Below are positions 51,598-62,280 of a stretch of 64,000 nt of DNA, piece by piece. This DNA comes from Adineta vaga (taxonomy: Eukaryota > Animalia > Rotifera), in the NCBI GenBank assembly GCA_021613535.1, contig CP075492.1, forward strand, positions 17,360,001 through 17,424,000, in the 5' to 3' direction. The notes below the pieces were generated by a model. That model searched no databases and had not been told where the DNA came from. It worked only from the letters and a program-made list of their open reading frames with translations. Position 1 is the stretch's first letter, and each line of letters begins with the position of its first letter. The position numbers and the translations under genes were made by a program.

Positions 51598-52304
51598 TCA
51601 GTATAATTGAGCACTATTCAGAATACTACTGCTATTCCATCCACCAGTGACTAATACTTTTCCATTTGATAGTATGGATGCTGTATGAAAAATTCGTTCA
51701 CCATTCATGTCTCCTATAGTTGTCCAACTACTTGTTGATGGATCATACAATTCCGTACTATTCAGAATACCATTAATACCATATCCACCAGTAATTAATA
51801 TCTTTCCATTTGATAATGTGGATGCTGTATGACCATATCGTGCGAAATTCATGTATCCTGTAATTTTCCAGGTACCTGTTGATGGATCATACAATTCAGT
51901 GCTATTCATCTTCAGATAAGCTTCGGTCAATCCACCAGCAACTAATATTTTTCCATTTGATAATGTGGATGCTGTATGAGCAGATCGTGCATAATTCATA
52001 TTTCCTGTAATTGTCCAAGTATTTGTTGATGGATCATATAATTCAGCACTATTCAAAATCTCAGAAAAACCATATCCACCAGTGACTAATATTTTTCCAT
52101 TTGGTAATGTGGATGCTGTGTGAGTAGATCGTGCAAAATTCATGTTTCATGTAGTTGTCCAAAAACCTGTTGATGAATCATACAATTCAGAATTATTCGG
52201 ATTAGCACTATTAAATACACCAGCAACTAATATTTTTCCATTTGATACTATGGATGCTGTATGACCATATCGTGCGAAATTCATGTTTGCTATCTTTGTC
52301 CATC
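51598..52304 (-). pseudogene. Kelch-repeat (galactose-oxidase-type, bacterial-like) exon with a frame break near 52145
   Basis: Repeats such as MNFARxxHTASxLxNGKILVTGG...SAELYDPSTxxW; adjacent ORFs 52147-52383 and 51598-52143 are out of frame or stopped. Confidence 0.8.
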
Positions 52305-52317
52305 CTAAATATGAAAA

Positions 52318-52401
52318 CGAGGATATGTGTAGGTAGTTGAGGTTGTGTAATGGATGACGCTGAGAATGATACACCCTAGTCATTTAACATTCTCACCCAC
52401 C
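52318..52401. repeat. Degenerate hairpin element
   Basis: CGAGGATATGTGTAGGT..TGAGGTTGTG...ACACCCT...CTCACCCACC. Confidence 0.55.
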
Positions 52402-52689
52402 GTCAGTTTTTTGCTATTAGGGATACAGCGGTGACAGGTGGCCACCGTCACCATAGCACGCCTAGTCGCTATAAGGTGTTCTTAATACATATTCTTTCAT
52501 GCTTGTCACTTTAATCTGATCAAGAGTTGCTGGAAAGAATCAAAGACAACGTATACAGATTGGATTTGATAGGAGTTGTGATTTTCCGTTTCTTTTCCAT
52601 CTCCTACGTTATTCTGAATTATTTTGTTTTAGTCTTATACGAGTGTGTGCTTTAATGAAACTATGATACTGATTCACAACACAAGAAAA

Positions 52690-54027
52690 TACTCACAAGT
52701 TAGTTGTAATCTTGCCCAACAGTACTAATATTTACAGTAAAAAATAAGATTTTCTAGTGCTGACATTTCATAAGTACTTATTTAACTCCCGAAAATGGCT
52801 GCTATCCTGAACTGCCAATATATAATCTCACATGAATATTAGTTGTGTGTGGCATCTGAGAGAAAAACCTTAGTCATCACTGTTGCTATATGTTTAGAAA
52901 AAAACAAGTTTCAGCTATTATATGCACCGTAATAATATTTTGTTTTAACATCATAATAATACAAAACAAATGATGTAGTGTATCACTCACCAACTGATGT
53001 TGAGTTTGTTGTTGTTGCTGATGTTGAGGATGTAACCGGATCTGTTCAAAGAAGAGATATTTCAACAAAAGAGCAAGGATGTGTGGAATTGCATCTCCCA
53101 GGATTTATTTTATCTCCTAATCTTGCAACATATTTCTAGTCACACTCGCACTCTCAACACTCAGATTTAGAATGTATATACATATGGCTACTATATACAT
53201 ATTAGATTTACATACTCACATCTTGACGATAGACAATCGATCAAGATTTCACTTACTCTTTGTTGTAGTTTTAGTTGTGTTTGTAACACTTCCTACACGT
53301 GCTATAAAATGAAATATAAAATATAAGTAAAATCAGTGAGTAATAGAAATTTGTCTTGGTTTTATTTGTAAGAGAGAAACTACTTACTGGTTGTTGAAGT
53401 TCGTATTGTTGTTTTAGCTGTCGTCTTAGTTGTGGCACGTGTTGTCGTTTTAACTGTCGTCGTAGTTGTACCTGTTCAAATAAAACATAAGAAATCGTTT
53501 TTTTTCTACACTTTAGTGAATGGAGAATGGCTTAATAAAACTGTTTTTACTTGTGATCTTTTTTGGACAAACGAGTTTATTAGCCATAGCTAGTGGATAA
53601 CATATAGGTTGACCACAACGTGTACTATTAACACAGACTGTATTTTCGATTGGACATGTCTTATTGACTGCATTGCATAGTACAACACTCGCACAAGAGA
53701 AAACAACTGAGCCACAAATTCCTGTATTTGTATTTGATGCCAATGAAAAACATTCACAATCAGAATTCGATGAGCAAGGTGTTCGTTGAGAATTACATGT
53801 TGTGAAATTACATGTAGCAATTGTTGTGTTATCTCAACAAAGAAAAACAATTGTCGAGAAATAAAACACTATTTTATGTATCTACTTATCACTTGTTGTT
53901 GAGAAGTTTTCCTATTAGAAAGAAGAAAAATCTTATAGAATGTAGAAGATAATCTTACGAATACTTACACTAAAACCACTGTATATAATATAAATATGAC
54001 GAGTAAATTGGAAAGTCTCATCATCAT
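52690..54027 (-). CDS. Secreted Cys-rich plus Thr-rich-stalk exons (probably the 5' part of the Kelch gene; may be a pseudogene)
   Basis: MMMRLSNLLVIFILYTVVL signal; CSSNSDCECF...CVNSTRCGQPICYP; small TTTTTVKTTTRATT exons. Confidence 0.65.
53074..53157. repeat. Degenerate hairpin element, intronic
   Basis: CAAGGATGTGTGG...TATCTCC...CACACTCGCACTCTCAA. Confidence 0.55.
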
Positions 54028-54292
54028 GGTACGAATTAAATAGAATTCAAAATTGAAAAGTTGTGTTCGTTTTTACTTCTTTCGACACTTCTTTGATAGA
54101 TTTCTCGAAGCAGTAGAAAAAAACAGCATGTTTTGATTATTCCAGCACGACATTTTTGCATGATTTCATGATAGAATAATCTATGACACCACACACACTC
54201 TGTTTTTTTTTACAAACGGCGTTCTTTTCAAAGTTCAGAGATGTTTATTCAGGCAAACATTAAGAAAAAAATCATAAAATTAAAACAGTATT

Positions 54293-54457
54293 TGTGAGTG
54301 TGAGTGTTGGTACCCAAGCAGACAAACCGAAAAAAAGCGTTAAATAAGTCGGTGTGCATATGAGTTTAGTTCAAGAAAAGTGTTGAAACACAAAGTCACA
54401 CCCATCTACGCACACCTTACTCATATAGGACCTTACACTGTCGCACCCACAACCCTC
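54293..54457. repeat. Compound or degenerate hairpin element
   Basis: TGTGAGTGTGAGTGTTGG...CACACCCATCTACGCACACC...CACCCACAACCCTC. Confidence 0.6.
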
Positions 54458-54498
54458 TTCATCATTCAAGAACGTCTCTTGTTTGTATTTCACTTTGT

Positions 54499-56322
54499 TT
54501 ACCACCATAAATGAATAGTTTTATACTGATCCATTACATAATCGATAGGCATATTTTGTAATTGAATTAAACTTTTTAGCTTTTCATATAAAGATGAATC
54601 AACATGTACGATTGATAATAAATGTAAATATGTTGTTTTCTCAGTAGCTTTTGATAATAAATATTCGATAATTTCTATGAAATAACCTTTGATCATTGAT
54701 ATGGTCAACTGTTCCATTCGTGGAAAAAGATCTATCAATAATTTCATATCATCATACGAACATTGTTGTATAGAAATTGTCACATATTTTATTTTATTTT
54801 CAATAGACATCGTATTAAATATTTCATCGTATTTCGGTAATTTTACATTTGTTTCATCGAAACCAGTTCGATGAAGACACAATTTTTGGATATTAGGCAA
54901 AGAAATAATTAGGTGGATTAAATCTTTAAAATATTCATAAGAAATGTAAGTATTTAGTTCAGTAATTCGTTCCAGAGAAAGAAGATTTTTAAGAATAGTT
55001 GGCGGGATATAAATCTGTTTTTCATCAAAAGGATTTTCAAGTTTTAAAGTGAGTTATTTAACATTTGGAAAATAGTTCGTCCAATTGACTAAATTCGTTT
55101 CGTTTTGTAATTGAAAATGATGCACTGAATTCATGTACGATTTTTCTTTCATAACTGAATTAGTTGTTTTTCGTAGTTCTAAATCCAATGTAAATTCTCT
55201 TTTCCTTTAAAACAAAATACAAAAATATCCTTATTTTGATCATATTAATAAAAAAATTAATTTCTACCTATATGGATACATTGAATAAATGTATATTTGA
55301 CAGAAATTCTCTAATTCTTTCATATGATAGGCAAAAAACCATTGTCGTTCAAATCAAAATGAAGATTGAAATTGTTCAAATAGTTTCAAGTATATCGCAG
55401 TGTGTATTTTTTCTGTATAGATATGTTGTTGTAAATCAAATATTCTTAAATGGGGCATATACAATGGAATAAGTGATTCCCATCGATTTGCATTCAAATA
55501 CGATTTATCTGCTGGTGTTGAAAGATGTAAAACTTGAACATGATGAAAAACGTATTTAATCAAAGGTTCAAAACTATCAAAATACACATCTCCAAGATTC
55601 AAATAAACATATGTCAAATGATTTGGAATAATCGAACTGATTTTCGATTGTGCATACAGAGTAGATAGTGTATTAATTGATAAACGATGAAGTTCAGGAG
55701 CATTTGAAAGAAGAGGAGCGAATTCATCAAAGCGAAATTCTTCATCAACAACCAAATGTGTAATGGTACTAAATGTATTTGTTGCAAATGGTAAACATTC
55801 CGAATAAGGATATTTATGTATGGAAAATTTACAATATTTCAATGAAGGTAATTTAAATATTCGTTCATATAAAAGATTTCGATTGGGAAGATAATACTTG
55901 AAAATAATGATTAATGAAGAAAGGTTTGGTAAGACCGAAAGATTATTGAAGAGATTATCCATATTACTCGATGGAATAGAATTAATAACAAATGTTTGAA
56001 GATGAAGAAATTTCGGAATAATCGAAGTGGATGAAAGAAAGAAATCAATAATAAATGGATTTGTTAAATGAAGTGATTGAATTCGATGTGCATGTGAGAG
56101 AATGATATTGTTATAATAAAAAGTAAAAATTGATTTTGATATCGAACCAAGATTAATTTTAATTCGTGAAGTTGAATTAGTGAAAAGATTTCGAAAACGC
56201 TGATTCAAATTAGCAAAAATTTCATTGCACTGAAAATAATCGAAGTATTCGAATATTTCATAGAGAATTTCATTAGCGAGATCTTCGAGTTTCGTTTTTT
56301 CGTTCATAATATCGACGAACAT
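54499..56322 (-). CDS. F-box/LRR-like protein (intron at about 55207-55268)
   Basis: LEDLANEILYEIFEYF..F.NLNQRF; RWESLI..MPHLRIFD; terminal IHLWW. Confidence 0.85.
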
Positions 56323-56826
56323 TTGAAAAATAACTTGGCAGTATCTGCGTTACTTGGTAAAAGCCAACTAAATAACTTGCCGTGTATTATTTTGAAAAAC
56401 AAATGTGTGCACAAGTCAGACGATAGCAACAGACTTGTTTTGCTTTTTGTGTTCTGTTGATAAGACGTGACTCATTTTGAGAAGGTGAGAACAGTAAGTC
56501 TCATAAATTTTAGTTCATAAAGAATAAAATTAAAACTCATTTCATATTAGCATTGTATTCAACAAAGATTTTTTGACGAAAAAGAAATTCTCACTAACAA
56601 AATTGTACGATAAAAATAAGTTTATTAATGATTATTGAGTTTCATCGTCACTACTTTCTCTGTTTTTTTTTCGTTTTGATAATTAATTCATGGAAATATA
56701 GCATTCTTTAAGTTGATAAATCGATAAATTGTGTTCTCGTTTTCAAGTTCACGATATAAATACGTCACAACAGTATGTGCATGTTCAACAAAATCTTATA
56801 AATATCTTGATGATTGACGATGTGCT

Positions 56827-56892
56827 CGAGGGTGTGGGTGCGAAAGAAGTAGTGGTATCCTCACTCATCCACACCCACATCCACCCACACCC
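56827..56892. repeat. Hairpin element
   Basis: CGAGGGTGTGGGTG...TATCCTCACTCATCCACACCCACATCCACCCACACCC. Confidence 0.92.
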
Positions 56893-57033
56893 TGTTATGA
56901 TCCAAGCACACATATATGTTCAGAAACTGGCACTATTGTATCATGTTCTAAGGCATGTGGAAATAAATGTTACGATGCAACAATAAACATTTGTATTAAT
57001 GACACCATACGTAATATCGGTGAAGATATCTGC
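56893..57033 (+). pseudogene. 47-codon Cys-rich repeat coding fragment (galaxin/CBM52-like CYD motif)
   Basis: CYDPSTHICSETGTIVSCSKACGNKCYDATINICINDTIRNIGEDIC is open from edge to edge between two elements. Confidence 0.8.
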
Positions 57034-57101
57034 GAGGGTGTGGGTGGAAGATAAGGTCTCTGTTTCATTGCTCACCCTCACCCACACCCACACTCTCAAG
57101 A
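57034..57101. repeat. Hairpin element
   Basis: GAGGGTGTGGGTGG...CTCACCCTCACCCACACCCACACTCTCAAGA. Confidence 0.93.
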
Positions 57102-57325
57102 ACAATTTGAAAAGGCTGAAACATCATTATATACCATATTTCTCTGATTAACTATTCGTATTTCGATAAGGAAATATTCATTCAAAAAAATGAAGAAAAA
57201 CATTATTTTAACCTATTTTACATTTGACAAATAATTAATTACAAATATAGTACGACAACAAGTTTACATAAGATTCAAAAATGCTTGATTATAATAAATA
57301 AAGTGACTTGACGAAGTTAGAAAAT

Positions 57326-58291
57326 TTATTTGCACATTAAAATATTTTTAGCTTCATGCCGAAATGTTTTTGATACAAACAAATTATTATAAAACGTAAT
57401 ACAAAATGGAATAAAAACGAAGAAAGTACTTACACCAATCATAAACTTCTGAACTTGGCTGTCAACAACACTTTTTGAACTAATGGGACTAATTTGTCCA
57501 TATACTAAAAGAATGGACAGCATTAAAGAGAAAAAAAGATAGACACTGGTATCGGCAAGTACAATTCGAATTAGTAGACGATCCTTGGAATGAATAGCTC
57601 GCATACCAGTATTGGTTGTTGTTTGAATGCTTCTCAAAACAAAAACAGGACCAACACGACCTATATTCCGAACATTTTTTATGGTCCATAATCCAAAAAT
57701 TAACATCAATAAAGGAATGAGAATTCCTTTGACTATAGCTGTGTAATAGCTTATAAATCTGTAATAGTTACCAAACTGGAAAAAGCAAAAATTAACACCC
57801 GGCGCAGTCGGTTGAATACGAACCAGGGCGAATGTATGGCTTTCAGCTAACAAACAAAATAATGTCACACACGTAATACATAAATAAGCAAAACGATGAG
57901 TACTGCGTTGTCTTGTGAGAGCATTTCGAGAGGTCACTAGTACTCGATCAACCGAAGCCAATATTATGTAAGATGGACCTAGTATATCGAACAAAAGCAG
58001 TGCATAAAAACGAAAACGACAAAGAGTTAGATTGTACAAAGTAGGATCGATGTTATAACCCATTGATAGTGTTTGTGGTAATATAACTGTATATATTCCA
58101 AGTAAACTAACAGTATTATACGCTACGAAATAGATTGAACATGGATTTTTACGAAGATTCTTTTTGGTGAAAATAACCAAACTAAGTATACAACTGACAG
58201 TACCTAAACCCATCAGAATTGGTCCACCAAGTTTGTATAAAAATTGTTGAGCTAATGTTAATAAAGCGATGAAATCAGATTCCGAAGACAT
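57326..58291 (-). CDS. Orphan rhodopsin-family GPCR
   Basis: 7TM; LRKNPCSIYF, LASVDR, FVSKTFR. Confidence 0.9.
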   Translation of the reverse strand: MSSESDFIALLTLAQQFLYKLGGPILMGLGTVSCILSLVIFTKKNLRKNPCSIYFVAYNTVSLLGIYTVILPQTLSMGYNIDPTLYNLTLCRFRFYALLLFDILGPSYIILASVDRVLVTSRNALTRQRSTHRFAYLCITCVTLFCLLAESHTFALVRIQPTAPGVNFCFFQFGNYYRFISYYTAIVKGILIPLLMLIFGLWTIKNVRNIGRVGPVFVLRSIQTTTNTGMRAIHSKDRLLIRIVLADTSVYLFFSLMLSILLVYGQISPISSKSVVDSQVQKFMIGVSTFFVFIPFCITFYNNLFVSKTFRHEAKNILMCK

Positions 58292-58754
58292 ATAGCAATC
58301 GATTTATCTAGAAAAAATATGATAAAATCTGTTCCATGAATGAAAAAAAAATCCGAGTGCTGCAAAAGATGGAAAGAAAATGAAGATTTATGTTGTGCAT
58401 AATGAGTTTTCTATTTTTGACTAAGGCTATTAGTTTAATGAAAATGATGTCACAAGTGTCCACAAGAAAAACTAAGCAATTATTTTTCATTTTATATGAT
58501 GCAGATAAAACGTTTTTTCACAAATAAGATTATAAATATTCTCCTTATCATCGGAGAAAATCTCTCGAGATACAGTAAATGAAATGAGAAAAGAAATTGA
58601 ATACTCAGTAATCTTTATTCAGTAAAAGATTAAATTTTAGCATAGTAAATAATTTAAAAAACTCTGTAATTGGTTGAAAAAGGATCACTATTTAATTTAA
58701 TATAGGTTAGTTTCTATTAGTTACTACGAGTAAAATTGGATAATTACAATTACA

Positions 58755-58807
58755 GAAGGGTGTGGGTGTCGGTTGACATATCCTCTCATACTCATACTGA
58801 TACACCC
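58755..58807. repeat. Hairpin element
   Basis: GAAGGGTGTGGGTGTCGGT..ATATCCTCTC-ATACTCATACTGATACACCC. Confidence 0.85.
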
Positions 58808-59042
58808 GAAAATTCAAATATGTTCAAGTAATCTAATGTAATAGGATGGAGAAAAAACAGCGCGTGATCTGTGTTTATGTTAGACTATATAAGATAATAG
58901 AAAAGATGTGTGCATTTTTCTTATCATTTTGAGTTTCGATCAACAGAAACATACAAAAAAAGGTAAATAATAATATTCTCAAAGTACTGAAAACATACAA
59001 GATCCATAAACATTCTTGAATTAATTTTTGTATTTAATCGAA

Positions 59043-60767
59043 ATGGTATCGATATTCAACTGGTTAACCTTTATTTCGTTGTGTATAAAATGCTTATCGA
59101 TTCGAGGAGAAATATTTTATGTTTCAACATTTGGTGCTTTTTCCGATGACAATATTGATGACACAACTGGAATTCAATTAACTATCAAAACAGCCATTAA
59201 TTATGGACCAAATAATATAGTTATCTTTGGTTTCGGTATATACAATTTATCATCATCAATTATCATATCGAATGCAACTAATTTGACAGTTCAAGGCCAG
59301 GGAATCGATCAAACATTCTTAATTGGCAACTTACCATTGGAGATATTCTCGGTTCAAAATTGTGAAGAATTAACAATTAGTTTGCTATCGATTGATTTTG
59401 ATCCATTGCCTTTTACAGCTGGTTATATTGTTAATGTCAATGATACGTATATTGATGTTAAGATTCAACCACCTCATCGAGCTGATGTTGATAAACAAAT
59501 TCGATCTATCCTTCGATACGATCCCGTACATATGAGACCGGCTTTTGGTCAAAATACGTATGAAATTTATCAGGTTCCACCAACTAATGTGAATACCAGT
59601 CTTGTATCTGCCAATATATTGAGTATGCCTTTAAGATTACCTTCGAAATTTGCTATAGGAGACGCTGTTGTTGCTCGTTACAATAATCCATACAACGCTA
59701 TAGCTGCAATCAATGTGACAGCTTTTACTGTACAATCAATAACTATATATACATCTTGGTCAATGGGTCTTGTTACAGTAAAATCGCGACGTTTAAATAT
59801 TATTAATTTTCATGTTCTACGACGCAATGGACGTTGGTTAAGTTCATCGACAGATTGTATGCATTTTATAAGTATTAAAGAATATATTAATTTAATCGAT
59901 AGTAAATGTCAAGCAATGGGTGATGATGGATTTAATGTTCACTCGACGTTTTTACTTGTTACGAAAATTATTAGTTCAAAGACAATCATTGTTACAGCGA
60001 TGAATGGCACTGATTCTTATGTTGAGAACGGAACACATCTAGAATTTAGTAGTAATGAACAACCATTTACAGTTCGTAAAATAGGTATCGTTGCTTCATC
60101 AACACGTTATAATTCAAGTTCACGTTTATTGACCTTTACTACTTCGATAAATGCCAGTCTTAATTATTTTGTTTCGAGTGCTGATACACCTGTATTAACT
60201 ATAAGAAATTTCACTGTAGAAAATAATCGAGCACGTGGCGTTCTATTAGGAACACGAAATATTGACATAAGAAATTCAGTATTTAATCGAACAAGTGGTT
60301 CAGCCGTTCTTATTCAACCGTCATTATATTGGTACGAAGGACCTGTAGCTCGGAATATTACATTAATTAATAATCTTTATATTAATTGTAATGAAGGTAT
60401 TGCAAAAGATCAAGGTATCATAACAATTCGACCAAACCCAACTCAATTAGTACCAGTTATTAATGGTATTCGAATAGAATCATCGACATTTCTCTTCGGA
60501 AATTATAGTCTAGGTCTTATTCGATCTACTAATGCTGATAATGTGTTTCTTAGCGGTAATTACATCACTACAAACATCACAACACCTATCATTTTATTGT
60601 GTAACAGTCGAAATATTACTGCAAGTAATAATACAGTTTTTAACCATCGAGCAAAACCTAATCAATATTATACATTTGATACAATGTATCCATGTCAAAT
60701 GAACTTAAGTAGTCTTATTGATTTACCTTCATCCGCATTTAACTCCTCATTTGCTCCGCCTGTTTAA
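59043..60767 (+). CDS. Secreted right-handed beta-helix glycosidase (GH110 alpha-1,3-galactosidase-like, bacterial type)
   Basis: FGA..DD..DDT..IQ, LSIDFDPLPFTAG, STDCMHF, MGDDGFNVH, NNRARGVLL, WYEGP; intronless. Confidence 0.8.
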   Translation: MVSIFNWLTFISLCIKCLSIRGEIFYVSTFGAFSDDNIDDTTGIQLTIKTAINYGPNNIVIFGFGIYNLSSSIIISNATNLTVQGQGIDQTFLIGNLPLEIFSVQNCEELTISLLSIDFDPLPFTAGYIVNVNDTYIDVKIQPPHRADVDKQIRSILRYDPVHMRPAFGQNTYEIYQVPPTNVNTSLVSANILSMPLRLPSKFAIGDAVVARYNNPYNAIAAINVTAFTVQSITIYTSWSMGLVTVKSRRLNIINFHVLRRNGRWLSSSTDCMHFISIKEYINLIDSKCQAMGDDGFNVHSTFLLVTKIISSKTIIVTAMNGTDSYVENGTHLEFSSNEQPFTVRKIGIVASSTRYNSSSRLLTFTTSINASLNYFVSSADTPVLTIRNFTVENNRARGVLLGTRNIDIRNSVFNRTSGSAVLIQPSLYWYEGPVARNITLINNLYINCNEGIAKDQGIITIRPNPTQLVPVINGIRIESSTFLFGNYSLGLIRSTNADNVFLSGNYITTNITTPIILLCNSRNITASNNTVFNHRAKPNQYYTFDTMYPCQMNLSSLIDLPSSAFNSSFAPPV

Positions 60768-60804
60768 AATAACACGATGAATAAAGTTTTAAAAAAAACT
60801 TTTT

Positions 60805-60831
60805 TTGAGGGTGTGGGTGTGAATGGGTATA
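60805..60831. repeat. Left arm of hairpin element
   Basis: TTGAGGGTGTGGGTGTGAATGGGTAT. Confidence 0.8.
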
Positions 60832-61037
60832 TCATTATGTGCTTTTATAATATTACGGTAGTCTCTATTGATCCAATATCTTTGTTATCAACTAAATACT
60901 TCAATCATCTCAATAATAAATTAATCACATCTGAGTATATTAGTATATTCATTTCATTTATTTGTTATTAAGCAGAGTTTGTAGCGAACGCCTCGAGTAA
61001 ATTAACTTCAACAAAAAATTGTGCAGCAACATTTTAT

Positions 61038-61358
61038 CTAACTAAAACCAAGATGACAATCACAACAATAATCACAAGAATCTTGGAAAGCTTGACAAAT
61101 AGCAAGCAAACAGCAGAGAATGCCAAGTATAACAATAACAGCACCAGCAATCCAAGCATTGCGAGCGTGAAAATTACTCTCATTGTTGCTATGAACAATA
61201 ACACCAACAGTCGCAACAATAACACCAATAGTAATGAAAACACCAATAAAACAGAAGGTCTTACAATGATCACGACAAGCTCCACCACCTCGAAGAGGAG
61301 GAGATTTCTTCATCTTAACTTCAGATGTATTACATGTTGAAACAGGTGCTGTTGGTTC
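61038..61358 (-). CDS. Small two-TM, Cys-tailed membrane protein (last exon)
   Basis: Two hydrophobic helices and a CC/CDYCCDC tail; probable splice acceptor near 61359. Confidence 0.55.
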   Translation of the reverse strand, partial: EPTAPVSTCNTSEVKMKKSPPLRGGGACRDHCKTFCFIGVFITIGVIVATVGVIVHSNNESNFHARNAWIAGAVIVILGILCCLLAICQAFQDSCDYCCDCHLGFS

Positions 61359-62280
61359 TAAATAATCAAAGGAAATATTTTCAGTTTACTTTTATTAAAG
61401 AACTTAACAAAATAGACAATACATTTTGATATTCAACACCATACGCAATTACTTAAGATGATAAAGAAATATTTGATCTACTTATATGTTATTTGTCTAG
61501 TCTTGTTGCAATATTTATCGACATCAATAATCACCTGTTAGAAATCAAAACATTCCCTGATTCGAGCACGACTTATTCGCATTGTAGTGAAGTACATGAT
61601 AACAGTCTTCAAAAAATATTTTATGCAGAAGAACAAATCATTACAAAATATAGCCTATTAGTTTTTATAGATTGTTTCTAAAGTATCTTAGGAAAAGCAT
61701 ATATAGTATCTGGCGTCTTGTTAAAGAATAATCTGTACAGATGGTGTAAGTCACTAGTAAGATCGATGGAACCAAACTGATTTAAAATGTTTAAAAGTTT
61801 TTTTTAGATTACCGAATATTAACGTAAAATGAAATAGTTTTCTTTTCGTGAACCCCTCTTAACTCGAGTATAAGTGATGATTGTAATTTAAGGCACGTCT
61901 TTCGATGAGCTTATACACGCCTGAAAATAGAAGAAGAATATTCAGAACACTTTTCATTTTACCTTTCATTTCGATTTTGGTTTCCATATCGATTGAGCTA
62001 GGAAGATAAAAGAGGCATTGAATAAATATCTACGTACTTTAAAAAAAGAAAAACTAAGGAACTCAGCTAAATGCTTTAATACAGTTGAAAGAAAAGAAGA
62101 AATCAAAACTTACCTTTGCAATTACAAATCTCTTCTATTATATTTTCAACTTGTTGTTTCAACAAACAACGGAACAGTACGCTTTTTATACGTGCATTCT
62201 CTCTCTCTTATTTTTTGCTTTCTTCCTTGCTTTCCTAGAATTGTGTAACTCGGTAAAAACCAACTATAACTCGGTAGTAA

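Noticed and set aside
61034-61340. Overlapping ORFs 61034-61288 (-) and 61053-61340 (+)
   Set aside because: These are low-complexity shadows of the two-TM ORF 61038-61313.
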